64,000 nucleotides of DNA from an uncultured Acidimicrobiaceae bacterium (GTDB lineage: Bacteria > Actinomycetota > Acidimicrobiia > Acidimicrobiales > RAAP-2): assembly GCA_963766995.1 (NCBI GenBank), contig CAVYCE010000001.1, positions 232,571-296,570 on the forward strand, given 5' to 3'. Below, in pieces: positions 21,118 to 30,055 of the stretch. The first letter of the stretch is position 1; the number at the start of each line of letters is the position of its first letter. A program made the position numbers and the translations under genes. The notes beneath the pieces are model-generated. The model was not told the DNA's origin. It ran no database searches and worked only from the letters and a program-made list of their open reading frames with translations.

Positions 21118-21802
21118 TCAAGCGGTCCCGGATATCCGCATGGGATGCGCCTGGAGCCCCCGCCAGCGTCGGCCCACCTTCCGAAGGAACTGGGGCTTCC
21201 GCCTCCTGATCCACCTGCACGCCATAGGGCGGGGTGTCGTCACTTCGCGCGCTGTCGTCTCCGTGTGGACGGCGCGGCTGCAGCTCGGGAGGGATGGGCT
21301 CCGCGCTGCCGCCACCGGTCAGCGCATTGATCTGCGCGTTAATGACGCGCTGAACGATGGCCGGCTTCCGTACGTACTCAATCACCAGCGAGTCGTCCTC
21401 GCCCTGCACATCGACAATTAGTCGACCAGTCCCGACTGCTCGCTCCCACAGCTTCTGGTTCAGATTGATCTCGGTAATACGTTGAAGTCGAAGTTGCACG
21501 ACATCGCGGTCGAGGACGCCATGCCGCAGTACGACTCGTGTCGTGGTGAGCGCCAGGATGTAGCTCCGCCAGCGGATGATCCGGCCGACGAGCCACACAA
21601 CGGGGATGGCCGCCAACGCCCATAAGGGATAGAAGGCCCAACCGCCACTCTTTCCCAGGGCGAGCAATATGGCCGACACCGCGGCCACTGTGGCCACTGA
21701 TGCCGCCGCGGGCCCGAGGATAAACACCCAATGGGGGTGCACCTCAACAAGCAGTTCCTCATCGTCATTGAGGAATTTCCTGGGCAACGGCACCCTGGCC
21801 AC
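21032..21802 (-). CDS. membrane protein with bacterial PH (bPH_2/YdbT-like) domain and C-terminal SHOCT domain
   Basis: 256-aa ORF. FLNDDEELLVEVHPHWVF is followed by two TM helices and a PH-like core. The C-terminus RLIELDDLRQRGIISEEEFAAKKAQLL is a SHOCT motif. Confidence 0.72.
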   Translation of the reverse strand: MARVPLPRKFLNDDEELLVEVHPHWVFILGPAAASVATVAAVSAILLALGKSGGWAFYPLWALAAIPVVWLVGRIIRWRSYILALTTTRVVLRHGVLDRDVVQLRLQRITEINLNQKLWERAVGTGRLIVDVQGEDDSLVIEYVRKPAIVQRVINAQINALTGGGSAEPIPPELQPRRPHGDDSARSDDTPPYGVQVDQEAEAPVPSEGGPTLAGAPGASHADIRDRLIELDDLRQRGIISEEEFAAKKAQLLDRI

Positions 21803-21855
21803 AGTACTGGTGTGGCCGATGAAGGGTCCGCACAGCTGCCGATAACCTGCGTGCC

Positions 21856-22161
21856 ATGCCGTATACCGAGGTTGATCCCGACGAAATCCGCGCCCGCTTG
21901 TCCCAGGGAGAGGATGTCTTCCTCCTCGATGTACGTGAACCCGATGAAGTCAATGAATGGGCCTATCCCATTGGCATCAACATTCCGTTGGGTCAGCTGG
22001 GAGATCGCATTGGCGAGCTACCGGCGGACAAGACCATTGTGTGTGCCTGCCATATGGGCGGTCGCTCAGCGGCAGCCGCCAATACGCTGAGCGAGGCTGG
22101 CTTCACCGCCGAGAACCTCACCGGTGGTGCTCTGGCCTGGGCGGCGACCGAGCCGGCTTGA
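21856..22161 (+). CDS. rhodanese-like domain protein
   Basis: 101-aa ORF with the active-site loop CHMGGRS. Confidence 0.85.
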   Translation: MPYTEVDPDEIRARLSQGEDVFLLDVREPDEVNEWAYPIGINIPLGQLGDRIGELPADKTIVCACHMGGRSAAAANTLSEAGFTAENLTGGALAWAATEPA

Positions 22162-22176
22162 AACAATTTTGGTGGG

Positions 22177-22249
22177 TGGGGCTGGCAGGGATCGAACCTG
22201 CGACCGAGGGATTATGAGTCCCCTGCTCTAACCACTGAGCTACAGCCCC
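22177..22249 (-). tRNA. tRNA-Met (anticodon CAT), elongator type
   Basis: 73-nt cloverleaf read by hand: GGGGCTG TA GCTC AGTGGTTA GAGC A GGGGA CTCATAA TCCCT CGGTC GCAGG TTCGATC CCTGC CAGCCCC A. The G1-C72 pair argues against an initiator. tRNA-Ile2 (lysidine) cannot be excluded. CCA is not encoded. Confidence 0.9.
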
Positions 22250-22400
22250 TGGCTCGCTAACGGCTTCTTTCGGACTAGGTCGAGAAGGGTACTGGACCAC
22301 TTGTGGTGGTCTGAATGCCAGCGTCAGCATCCGAGCAAAACCCCTGTTTGAAAGCTAACCTCCGAACGTCCTGAACCTACAAACAAAGTTGAGGTTGGCC

Positions 22401-22943
22401 ATGGCAACAACGTGCTCGAACTGTCAAGCAGAAATTCCAACTGGATCAGCCTCATGCCCCAGCTGCGGAACATCCGTCTCTAGCGCCGGGAGCTCCACTC
22501 CGCAGATCAAATTCAATGCCGCTGCATTGAGCAAGACCGACCGGACCGTCGGTGGCGCCTCTGCCGTCCTCTTCATCTCCTTGTTTTTGCCATGGTTCAG
22601 CGTCAGCTTCGGTGGAGTCACGGCCTCGGCGGACGGATTGTCTTCCCATGGCTATCTCTATCTGACGCTGTTCATTTCGCTGGCCATCGTCGCCTTCATG
22701 GCGACCCAAGCCTTGGGACTGCTCAAGCTTCCCGCCACAATGCCCATGTCCAAGGATCAGTTGTTGCTGATCGGTACTGCCATCAACTTCGTGCTGGTGC
22801 TCATTGGCTTCTTGCTCAAGCCAGGTGGAATCGGCAGTGGTGTTGGTTGGTCCTTCGGCGCCTTCATTGGCTTGGCTGCCGCTGTCATCGCCGCCTTCCC
22901 GCTGGGCATGCCCGTGATCAAGGCTCGCCGGGCCAAGAAGTAG
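22401..22943 (+). CDS. zinc-ribbon membrane protein, function unknown
   Basis: ATG 22401 inside ORF 22389..22943. The N-terminal CSNCQAEIPTGSASCPSCG ribbon is followed by about four TM helices. Confidence 0.65.
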   Translation: MATTCSNCQAEIPTGSASCPSCGTSVSSAGSSTPQIKFNAAALSKTDRTVGGASAVLFISLFLPWFSVSFGGVTASADGLSSHGYLYLTLFISLAIVAFMATQALGLLKLPATMPMSKDQLLLIGTAINFVLVLIGFLLKPGGIGSGVGWSFGAFIGLAAAVIAAFPLGMPVIKARRAKK

Positions 22944-22958
22944 TAGTACGTCCGCCGC

Positions 22959-22985
22959 CGCCAGGCGCCCATGCGGCGCCTGGCG
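22959..22985. terminator. GC-rich hairpin between convergent genes (candidate bidirectional terminator)
   Basis: C-GCCAGGCGCC / CATGC loop / GGCGCCTGGC-G forms a perfect 11-bp stem, 16 nt after the + strand stop and 17 nt after the lon stop. There is no U-tract. Confidence 0.5.
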
Positions 22986-23001
22986 AGCGACCGACTTCGA
23001 G

Positions 23002-25356
23002 TTACGCCACGTCTGACAACGGTTGGGCAACGTCTTGAGCGTCGGCGCGTAACGCTGGCGTCAAGACATCGGCAATCGTCGAAGCAAGGTGGAAGGTCAT
23101 CACCGAACGAACCTCCTCAGGCACGTCCTCGAGATCCGGTCCGTTGCGCTCCGGAAGGACCACTTCGGTCAGTCCGGCCCGGTGGGCGGCCAGCACCTTC
23201 TGCTTCACACCGCCGATAGGCAGCACCCGACCCTGCAATGTCACTTCGCCCGTCATGCCCAGGGCCGAATGCACCGGAACACCCCGGAGCAGGCTGACCA
23301 ACGCTGTCGTCATGGTGACGCCAGCAGATGGCCCATCCTTGGGAACAGCTCCGGCCGGGACGTGCACGTGGAAGCGCTTCTTGGAAAAGATGCCCGGCTC
23401 AATCCCGAGTTCCTCGGCGTGTGAACGCACATACGACAGTGCGATCTCCGCTGACTCCTTCATGACGTCACCAAGTTGTCCCGTGAGGGTAAGTCCCTCG
23501 GGGCCATCGGACATGCTGGCTTCAACGAAGAGCACGTCTCCACCTGCACCGGTGACCGCCAATCCAGTCACCACTCCGGGCACGCTGGTTCGATCGGCGG
23601 CCTCGAAGAAGAATCGAGGTCGACCGAGCCATTCGCGCACATCGCCGTCACCGACGTTCACCGGCGCTGGACGCTCGCCGGAGGCGATTTTGGTCGCCAC
23701 CTTTCGCAACAAGCGCCCAATTTCTCGCTCCAAGGAACGCACACCCGCTTCCCGGGTGTAGTCCGAAACGATGCTGCGCAACGCCTCGTCGGTGATGTCG
23801 AACTCGTCATCACGCAATGCTGCACGGACGAGTTGGCGGTTCACCAAATGGTGTCGGGCGATCGAGACCTTCTCGGACTCGGTGTAACCATCCAGTCGTA
23901 TGACCTCCATGCGATCCAACAGCGGACCGGGAATGGTGTCGATCACATTGGCCGTGGCAATGAACAGCACCTTGGACAGGTCGAGGTCGACTTCTAGGTA
24001 GTGATCGCGGAACGTGTGGTTCTGTGCCGGGTCCAGCACCTCGAGCAGTGCCGACGAAGGATCGCCCCGGAAATCGGCGCCCAGCTTGTCCACCTCGTCC
24101 AACACGATCACCGGATTCATCGTCCCTGCCTCGCGCAGCGCCCGGACCAAGCGACCGGGTTGAGCACCCACGTAGGTACGGCGGTGACCACGGATCTCGG
24201 CTTCGTCCCGCACGCCACCCAGGGCAACGCGCACGAACTTGCGACCGAGGGCTCGCGCCACCGATTCACCCAGTGAGGTCTTTCCCACACCGGGAGGTCC
24301 CACCAGCGCCAAAATGGCGCCGGAGCCGCGACCGTCGAGCGAGACCAATCCGCGCTCGGCCTGCAGCTTGCGCACGGCCAGGTGCTCGAGGATGCGCTCC
24401 TTCACATCGACGAGACCGTCATGGTCAGCATCGAGGATGCGCGACGCATCGGCGATGTCCAAGTTGTCCTCGGATTCGGTGCCCCACGGCAACTCAAACA
24501 CTGTGTCCAACCAAGTACGGATCCAGCCCGTCTCGGGGCTCTGGTCGCTCGTACGCTCCAGCTTGTCCACTTCTCGCTGCACTGCCGTGCGGACATGCTC
24601 GGGCAAGTCGCGCTCAGCCAGCTTGGCTCGGTAGTCATCGGGGTCGGCATCATCGCTACCGCTGAGCTGCCCCAATTCCTTGCGGATGGCCTCGAGCTGT
24701 CGACGCAATAGGAACTCGCGCTGCGTCTTCTCCATGCCCTCTTCGACGTCGACCTTTATCTTCTCGCGCAGTGTCAGCTCGGCCAGTGTGTCGCGGGCCC
24801 AGCCCAGGACCAGGCGGACTCGTGCCTCGACGTCAATGGTCTCGAGCACTTCCACCTTCTGCGGAAGATTCAGGTCGGGCGAATAGCCGGCCACGACGGC
24901 GAGGCGCCCGGGCTCAGTGATCTCCCGAAGCTGGGCCGCGATGCGTCCTGCTCCCCTGCTGTGCAAGATGTTCTCGAGCACGGCCCGATATTCACGGGCC
25001 AGTTCCACCGCAGCGGCCGAAGGTTCGCCATCATCAATGGGCTCTGCCTCAACCCAGAGGGCATCGCCGGTACCGGGCACGCCCGTACCGATGGTGGCGC
25101 GTTGATCGCCTCGGATAACGACGGCCTGCAGGCCACCCGGAAGGGCACCCTCTTCGGTCACCTCGGCAATGACACCGACTGTGGCGTACTTGCCCTCAAT
25201 GTGCGGCACCAGCAACAGGTGCCCTCCAGCGGATTGGGCCGCCTCTACTGCGGCGCGAGCCTCATCGGACTCCAGCGCCAGTGTGAAGACCATTCCGGGC
25301 AGCACGACCCCGGACTTGAGGGGGAGCAATGGCAGTGTCTGATTGGCATTCGTCAT
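23002..25356 (-). CDS. lon: ATP-dependent Lon protease (endopeptidase La)
   Basis: 784-aa ORF. Walker A is GPPGVGKTSLG and the catalytic Ser region is KDGPSAGVTM. The N-terminal LON domain starts LPLLPLKSGVVLPGMV. Confidence 0.95.
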   Translation of the reverse strand: MTNANQTLPLLPLKSGVVLPGMVFTLALESDEARAAVEAAQSAGGHLLLVPHIEGKYATVGVIAEVTEEGALPGGLQAVVIRGDQRATIGTGVPGTGDALWVEAEPIDDGEPSAAAVELAREYRAVLENILHSRGAGRIAAQLREITEPGRLAVVAGYSPDLNLPQKVEVLETIDVEARVRLVLGWARDTLAELTLREKIKVDVEEGMEKTQREFLLRRQLEAIRKELGQLSGSDDADPDDYRAKLAERDLPEHVRTAVQREVDKLERTSDQSPETGWIRTWLDTVFELPWGTESEDNLDIADASRILDADHDGLVDVKERILEHLAVRKLQAERGLVSLDGRGSGAILALVGPPGVGKTSLGESVARALGRKFVRVALGGVRDEAEIRGHRRTYVGAQPGRLVRALREAGTMNPVIVLDEVDKLGADFRGDPSSALLEVLDPAQNHTFRDHYLEVDLDLSKVLFIATANVIDTIPGPLLDRMEVIRLDGYTESEKVSIARHHLVNRQLVRAALRDDEFDITDEALRSIVSDYTREAGVRSLEREIGRLLRKVATKIASGERPAPVNVGDGDVREWLGRPRFFFEAADRTSVPGVVTGLAVTGAGGDVLFVEASMSDGPEGLTLTGQLGDVMKESAEIALSYVRSHAEELGIEPGIFSKKRFHVHVPAGAVPKDGPSAGVTMTTALVSLLRGVPVHSALGMTGEVTLQGRVLPIGGVKQKVLAAHRAGLTEVVLPERNGPDLEDVPEEVRSVMTFHLASTIADVLTPALRADAQDVAQPLSDVA

Positions 25357-25432
25357 GATTTGTCCTTTACGGGTCCGTGATCAATTCATCTGACTAGTCA
25401 ACAATCACAGGGCTGCACTCATTCCCACTCCT

Positions 25433-25825
25433 GTGACCAGGACTGTTGGGTCACTCACCTCTCCCAGAGGCGCATACGATGTGGTCGTGGCCTACGGAAT
25501 GGGTGGACGACGCTGGGGTCTTTACGGATCTCTCAACCCTGAACCGGACTACGGCACCACGCTGGCGCCCGCCCGCCCCGACCAGGAGTTGGACGACGGC
25601 GACCATGACCGAATGGCCCACATCGTCCTTGAGGGTTACACCCCGAAGAAGGGTGACTTCGTCTCCACCGGACCGAGTGTGGTGGAGGGGATCGTCAATG
25701 GGACCGCCGTGCGCTCACTCTGCGGCAAGGAATGGGTGCCGGGACGTAACCCGTCCAAATACGGCCTCTGCCCCACTTGCAAGGAGATCGCGATAGGGAT
25801 GGGCTGGAAACTCCCAGCCAGTTAG
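25433..25825 (+). CDS. DUF3039-domain protein
   Basis: 130-aa ORF with a GTG start. The conserved C-terminal half is DHDRMAHIV...SLCGKEWVPGRNPSKYGLCPTCKEI. The start is uncertain. Confidence 0.72.
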   Translation: MTRTVGSLTSPRGAYDVVVAYGMGGRRWGLYGSLNPEPDYGTTLAPARPDQELDDGDHDRMAHIVLEGYTPKKGDFVSTGPSVVEGIVNGTAVRSLCGKEWVPGRNPSKYGLCPTCKEIAIGMGWKLPAS

Positions 25826-26814
25826 TCGAGCCAGCCGATCTGCCGCAGCCACTCCGACGTGGTGGCCAACCCCTGATCGAGGCTGATTGGGTTGTAACCC
25901 AACCGCTTATACGTCTTGGAGTCCTCAAGGACCTTGCGCTCTGACGTTTGTCGGGCCGCTTTCTCGGCGATGGCCACCAACGTCGGGCCGAAGACTTCGG
26001 CCAAGGCGGGGTCGTCCGATACCGGGACGTCCTCCACTCGATGATCGAGACCCGCCAATTCGCAGATCCGGTTGCACGCATCGGCGATACTCACAATGTC
26101 TTCGGGCTGCCCGTCGAGCATGTAGCGCTCACCCGACACGCCTTTGTCGAGGGCCAGGATGCACCCGTTGGCAATGTCGTCGGCGAACACCCAGCTCACC
26201 GGGAAGTGAAGGTAACGCTGAATCTTCTGCTTCAACGCCGACACCAACACGCGGTTGAAGCTGGTGCGGCCCATGGCATTGCTCACCACGGGCGACGGCC
26301 CATAAATAGCTCCCGGATGCGCGCTCACCACATCACGTCCGGCCGCCGCCCGCGCCATGGCGTCCTGGAAGGCCGCCATCTTGGTGATGGTGTACGGATC
26401 GCTGCTCGGTTCCTTGCTCAGCGGCGCGTCTTCTCGGTCCAAGCCGCTATCGGTGTCGAAGAACGTCCCGGTGCTCACGGCCACCACTCGCCCCAAGTTG
26501 GCCCGCTCGGCGGCGTCGAGCAGATTCTTGGTGCCACCGATGTTCACGGCCCGGAAGTCATTGATGTTCTGGCTGGCGCCGCCTAGAAGCGCTGCACAGT
26601 GAATGGCGGCATCGCTGCCCATGGCGGCGCGGTACACATCCTCGGGTTCAGTGATGTCACCGGAAATGACTTCGACGCCCAAAACAGACAGCGGCTCGGT
26701 GTCAGCACCAGCACGAGCCAAGGCCCGTACGCCGTCCCCGCGCTCAATCAATCGTCGGCAGATGTTGGCGCCAGCCAGGCCGGTGGCGCCGGTGACGAGA
26801 ACTGTCTGGGTCAC
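25822..26814 (-). CDS. NAD-dependent epimerase/dehydratase (extended SDR)
   Basis: 330-aa ORF with the N-terminal motif VLVTGATGLAGANI. Confidence 0.85.
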   Translation of the reverse strand: MTQTVLVTGATGLAGANICRRLIERGDGVRALARAGADTEPLSVLGVEVISGDITEPEDVYRAAMGSDAAIHCAALLGGASQNINDFRAVNIGGTKNLLDAAERANLGRVVAVSTGTFFDTDSGLDREDAPLSKEPSSDPYTITKMAAFQDAMARAAAGRDVVSAHPGAIYGPSPVVSNAMGRTSFNRVLVSALKQKIQRYLHFPVSWVFADDIANGCILALDKGVSGERYMLDGQPEDIVSIADACNRICELAGLDHRVEDVPVSDDPALAEVFGPTLVAIAEKAARQTSERKVLEDSKTYKRLGYNPISLDQGLATTSEWLRQIGWLD

Positions 26815-27398
26815 GCTGGCGCGTGCTCGGAGGCGTCCGGGCGTGTTGCGTCGACCTGATCGACACTGAATGGGATGACGGGTTCCCCACTGCCGTAGAC
26901 GTCGAGGGTATGGATGAAGCGATGCAGTCCCATGGAGTTGGCGCAGGCAAATCCCAGTTCAATGATCTGGGCCGACGTAAACACCTTCCCCAATCGACGG
27001 TAAAACTCGTCATCCATGGCGTGATGATCAGCCGAAAGCAGGTCGAGAAATTCCACCGCAATCCGCTCCTGCTCATTGAGATCCGCGCCACCGGGCGTGA
27101 TCAGACAAGCCACGTCCTCGTCGGTGATCGAGTCATGTTTGCGGGACTGCATGCAAGGCTGGCATTCACCGAGCTGTGCGCTGCGGATACGCACCAACTC
27201 CAGAATTCGTCCGCCAAGCAGTGATTTCTGTCCCCACGCCCCTCGAGCCGCGTTGGTCATCAGAATCTGCTGGGTTTTGTAGGCGAAGATTTGCAGCGGA
27301 ATCGGTGTGGCGTAGGTGCCGTTGGCCACACCCTCTTCAATAATCCGCCGGGGTTCGGGCGCGAGCTGGTCCATCGGAATCGGCTCAATCCTTGGCAT
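26811..27398 (-). CDS. carboxymuconolactone decarboxylase (AhpD-like) family protein
   Basis: 195-aa ORF with a CxxC motif in AQLGECQPCMQSRKH. It has a 4-nt overlap with the downstream epimerase gene. Confidence 0.78.
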   Translation of the reverse strand: MPRIEPIPMDQLAPEPRRIIEEGVANGTYATPIPLQIFAYKTQQILMTNAARGAWGQKSLLGGRILELVRIRSAQLGECQPCMQSRKHDSITDEDVACLITPGGADLNEQERIAVEFLDLLSADHHAMDDEFYRRLGKVFTSAQIIELGFACANSMGLHRFIHTLDVYGSGEPVIPFSVDQVDATRPDASEHAPA

Positions 27399-27472
27399 AC
27401 AACCCCCCGGCTATGTGACTGGCTCCGCCAGCGCTCGCTTGGAAAATCCACTTCCTACTGTACTGTCGGCCC

Positions 27473-28282
27473 GTGCCCATCAATCCTTCGTCTGCCCTGC
27501 TCACCGGCCACGTAGCTGTGGTCACCGGAGGCGGTTCGGGCATCGGGCGGGGTGTGGCCCAGGGACTGGCCGCCTTCGGAGCAAAGGTCGCCATCTGGGA
27601 GCGAAATCCGGAAACCGCCAAGGCCGCCGGCGACGAAGTTGGTGGTCTCGGTCTCACCGTCGACGTTCGTGAATCCTCCGAAGTGGACGCCGCCCTGGCG
27701 CGCACCATCGCCGAGCTCGGTCCGGTCCGGATCCTCGTGAACAACGCCGGCGGTGTCTTCTCCTCGCCCCTCCTCGAAACCACGGAGAACGGATGGGATG
27801 CCCTCTACCGATCGAACCTGAAGCACGTCATCCTGTGTACCCAACGTGTAGCTCGCGTCATGGTGGCCGAGAGCACTGGTGGCAGCATCATCAACGTCAC
27901 CTCCATCGAAGGCGTGCGCGCCGCCCCCGGATACGCCGCCTATGCCGCCGCCAAAGCCGGCGTCATCAATTTCACCAAGACGGCTGCTCTGGAGCTGGCG
28001 CCGCATGGCATCCGGGTCAATGCCCTGGCGCCCGACATCACCATGACCGAAGGCATCCGAGCTGTGGCGCCACCCGGTTCAGAGGAAAAGTTCGGCTTCA
28101 CTGTGCCGCTTGGACGCGCCGGTCGCGTCGACGAAATGGCGGGTGCCGCCGTGTTCCTGGCCGGCAGCCTGTCCAGCTACGTCACCGGCCAGACCATTCA
28201 CGTCGACGGTGGCACTCAGGCCTCGAGCGGCTGGTACCACCACCCAACCACCGGCGAGTATTCGCTCGGTCCCACCTCCTGA
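27473..28282 (+). CDS. SDR-family oxidoreductase (FabG/glucose-dehydrogenase-like)
   Basis: 269-aa ORF with a GTG start. Motifs VTGGGSGIGRG, NNAG and YAAAKAG are present. Confidence 0.9.
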   Translation: MPINPSSALLTGHVAVVTGGGSGIGRGVAQGLAAFGAKVAIWERNPETAKAAGDEVGGLGLTVDVRESSEVDAALARTIAELGPVRILVNNAGGVFSSPLLETTENGWDALYRSNLKHVILCTQRVARVMVAESTGGSIINVTSIEGVRAAPGYAAYAAAKAGVINFTKTAALELAPHGIRVNALAPDITMTEGIRAVAPPGSEEKFGFTVPLGRAGRVDEMAGAAVFLAGSLSSYVTGQTIHVDGGTQASSGWYHHPTTGEYSLGPTS

Positions 28283-28294
28283 ATCCCCTCCCCC

Positions 28295-29035
28295 GTGACC
28301 GCCGCCAAGCCAGTTGATCAAACGGCACACACCGAGCAAACCAGAGAGGCTTACGACCGCCTGGCTGCAGTGTGGACCGACACCACCGACGATGGCCCGT
28401 ACAACGGTCACCTGGAGCGCCCGGCCCTGCGGTCACTGGTGCCGCAACCTCTCACTGGCTCGAGCGTGCTCGATGCTGGCTGTGGCTCCGGCGCCCAGTG
28501 CGAGTGGCTGCTCAGCCTTGAAGCCGACGTCACCGGTATCGATCTCTCGCCCTCCATGGTGGAAGCGACGCAAAGGCGCTGCGCCAACAATGGACAATTC
28601 CTGGTCGCCGACCTGGCTGCCCCTCTCCCGTTCGAGAACGGCACGTTCCATGGCATCACGTGCTCTCTGGCCCTCCACTACCTCGAGGACTGGAACCAGC
28701 CGCTCCAATCCTTCTACGACGTGATCCGGCCAGGAGGATGGGCCGTCATTTCACTGGACCACCCATTTGGTCCTCCACTGAGAAACCAACAAGGCGGCTA
28801 CTTCGATACCGAACTCGTCTCGGACACCTGGATCAAAGGAGACGTCGAAGTCACCCAGCACTTCTGGCGCCGTCCCTTGTCGGTGGTAAGCAACGCCTTC
28901 GCCAATGCCGGATTTCTCATTGACCGAATCGTGGAAACGCGGCCGTCTGATGCATCGGTAGAACGCTTCCCCGACGACCTGCGTCACACTCTCAGTACAC
29001 CGTCGTTCATTGTCTACCGGCTCGTCAGGAAGTAG
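28295..29035 (+). CDS. class I SAM-dependent methyltransferase
   Basis: 246-aa ORF. Motif I is VLDAGCGSGAQ, with a Methyltransf_11-like layout. Confidence 0.85.
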   Translation: MTAAKPVDQTAHTEQTREAYDRLAAVWTDTTDDGPYNGHLERPALRSLVPQPLTGSSVLDAGCGSGAQCEWLLSLEADVTGIDLSPSMVEATQRRCANNGQFLVADLAAPLPFENGTFHGITCSLALHYLEDWNQPLQSFYDVIRPGGWAVISLDHPFGPPLRNQQGGYFDTELVSDTWIKGDVEVTQHFWRRPLSVVSNAFANAGFLIDRIVETRPSDASVERFPDDLRHTLSTPSFIVYRLVRK

Positions 29036-29065
29036 TAACGCTCAGCGTCAACGACGATGGCGCTG

Positions 29066-29371
29066 TCAGAGAGTTGGCGCGGCTGTGCTGCTTTGCGGCG
29101 AAGCGACATCACTTGGCTGACGCTTGGGTTGGAATTCCTTTTCCAGACCCGGAATCTCGTTGGCGATGCTCGGGTGTTCGAGGATGATGTGGTCGAGCTT
29201 GGCGTGCAGGGCATGGAGACCCAAGAGCCGCCAAAGCATGTGTCGAAGCAATGGCCAAGCCAAGACGGTGACAATGCCGGCGATGATCACCCAGATCAGC
29301 GTGGCCACGACATCGCCGGGAATACCACCCGAGCCGCCGGCAGGCCACACCCATCTATCCCACCAGGTCAT
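29066..29371 (-). CDS. hypothetical single-pass membrane protein
   Basis: 101-aa ORF with the TM helix VVATLIWVIIAGIVTVLAW. Its ATG overlaps the stop of the upstream ORF as ATGA. Confidence 0.5.
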   Translation of the reverse strand: MTWWDRWVWPAGGSGGIPGDVVATLIWVIIAGIVTVLAWPLLRHMLWRLLGLHALHAKLDHIILEHPSIANEIPGLEKEFQPKRQPSDVASPQSSTAAPTL

Positions 29372-29724
29372 GCTGCTTGATCCTGAACGTGAGCCTTGTG
29401 CATGTCATGTAGTTCTAGACGAGAAAATCGCTTGCCCTGAATCTCGGGGTGACAATGCCGGCACACCCTGTAGGTCGTTCCAGGATCGTCGTCTGAGTGC
29501 TTGACGGTCAGATCGTGGTGACCAATGCGCCAGCACCGTTCGGTGTGGCAATTGATCTTTCGGTAGCCCACGGTAAAGACAGCAAGGATGCCGAACCCGC
29601 CACAGAAACCGGACCAGAACCCATACCAGGCGCCAGGTTCATTAAAGGTGCCCGTCCACCCCAGCGCATGGTGCAGAAAGTTGTCGAAACCGTGCATTAA
29701 ACGGACTGACCTGTCATCAGCCAA
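29368..29724 (-). CDS. hypothetical membrane protein with Cys/His zinc-ribbon-like tail
   Basis: 118-aa ORF. An aromatic/Gly-rich TM segment (WYGFWSGFCGGFGILAVFTVGY) is followed by INCHTERCWRIGHH...YRVCRHCHPE. Confidence 0.55.
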   Translation of the reverse strand: MADDRSVRLMHGFDNFLHHALGWTGTFNEPGAWYGFWSGFCGGFGILAVFTVGYRKINCHTERCWRIGHHDLTVKHSDDDPGTTYRVCRHCHPEIQGKRFSRLELHDMHKAHVQDQAA

Positions 29725-30055
29725 AGGCTAACGAACTGACAACGGAGATCGGCTGATCCTCGCCGACTCGGCCCGGAGCCGAGCTTCCCGAGACCGTTTG
29801 TCTCTTCGTCCGCGCCGCCAAGAGCCATGGGAGAGACGAATCTCAGACCAAATGTGCGGAAGACAACAAGAAAGGACGACCAGCGTCGTTGAACTCACCA
29901 TGCGCGGGCGGGAACAGAATTCCAAACTTACAGGCGATGCGAGATACGGAAAGGCCAAAAGTCCAGGTAGGGGCCTCTTTTCAACTCGGAGGGCAAAATC
30001 CGATGACGAGCCGCGCCGAGGATCTCCGGCTCAGGGTCGTTATGCTGCCGCACTC

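Noticed and set aside
22177-22249. tRNA-Met as the initiator tRNA
   Set aside because: Position 1 pairs with 72 (G-C), whereas bacterial initiators have a 1-72 mismatch. It is called as elongator Met, with Ile2 not excluded.
29948-29982. Hairpin AGGCC-N15-GGCCT followed by CTTTTC, as an intrinsic terminator or attenuator upstream of the peptidase
   Set aside because: It has only a 5-bp perfect stem with a large loop, and no upstream + strand gene to terminate. It is too weak to call.
29830-30040. Possible c-di-AMP (ydaO-type) riboswitch in the leader of the secreted peptidase. I saw scattered CGAAUC, GCGGGCGGGAAC, GAAUUCC, GGUAGGGG and AAUCCGA strings, and this riboswitch class often precedes cell-wall hydrolases in Actinobacteria.
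   Set aside because: The highly conserved 3' segment (ACCCGnCAGCUAACCUCG-like) is absent, and I could not build the pseudo-symmetric helices by hand. The resemblance is probably chance. An Infernal scan with RF00379 would settle it.
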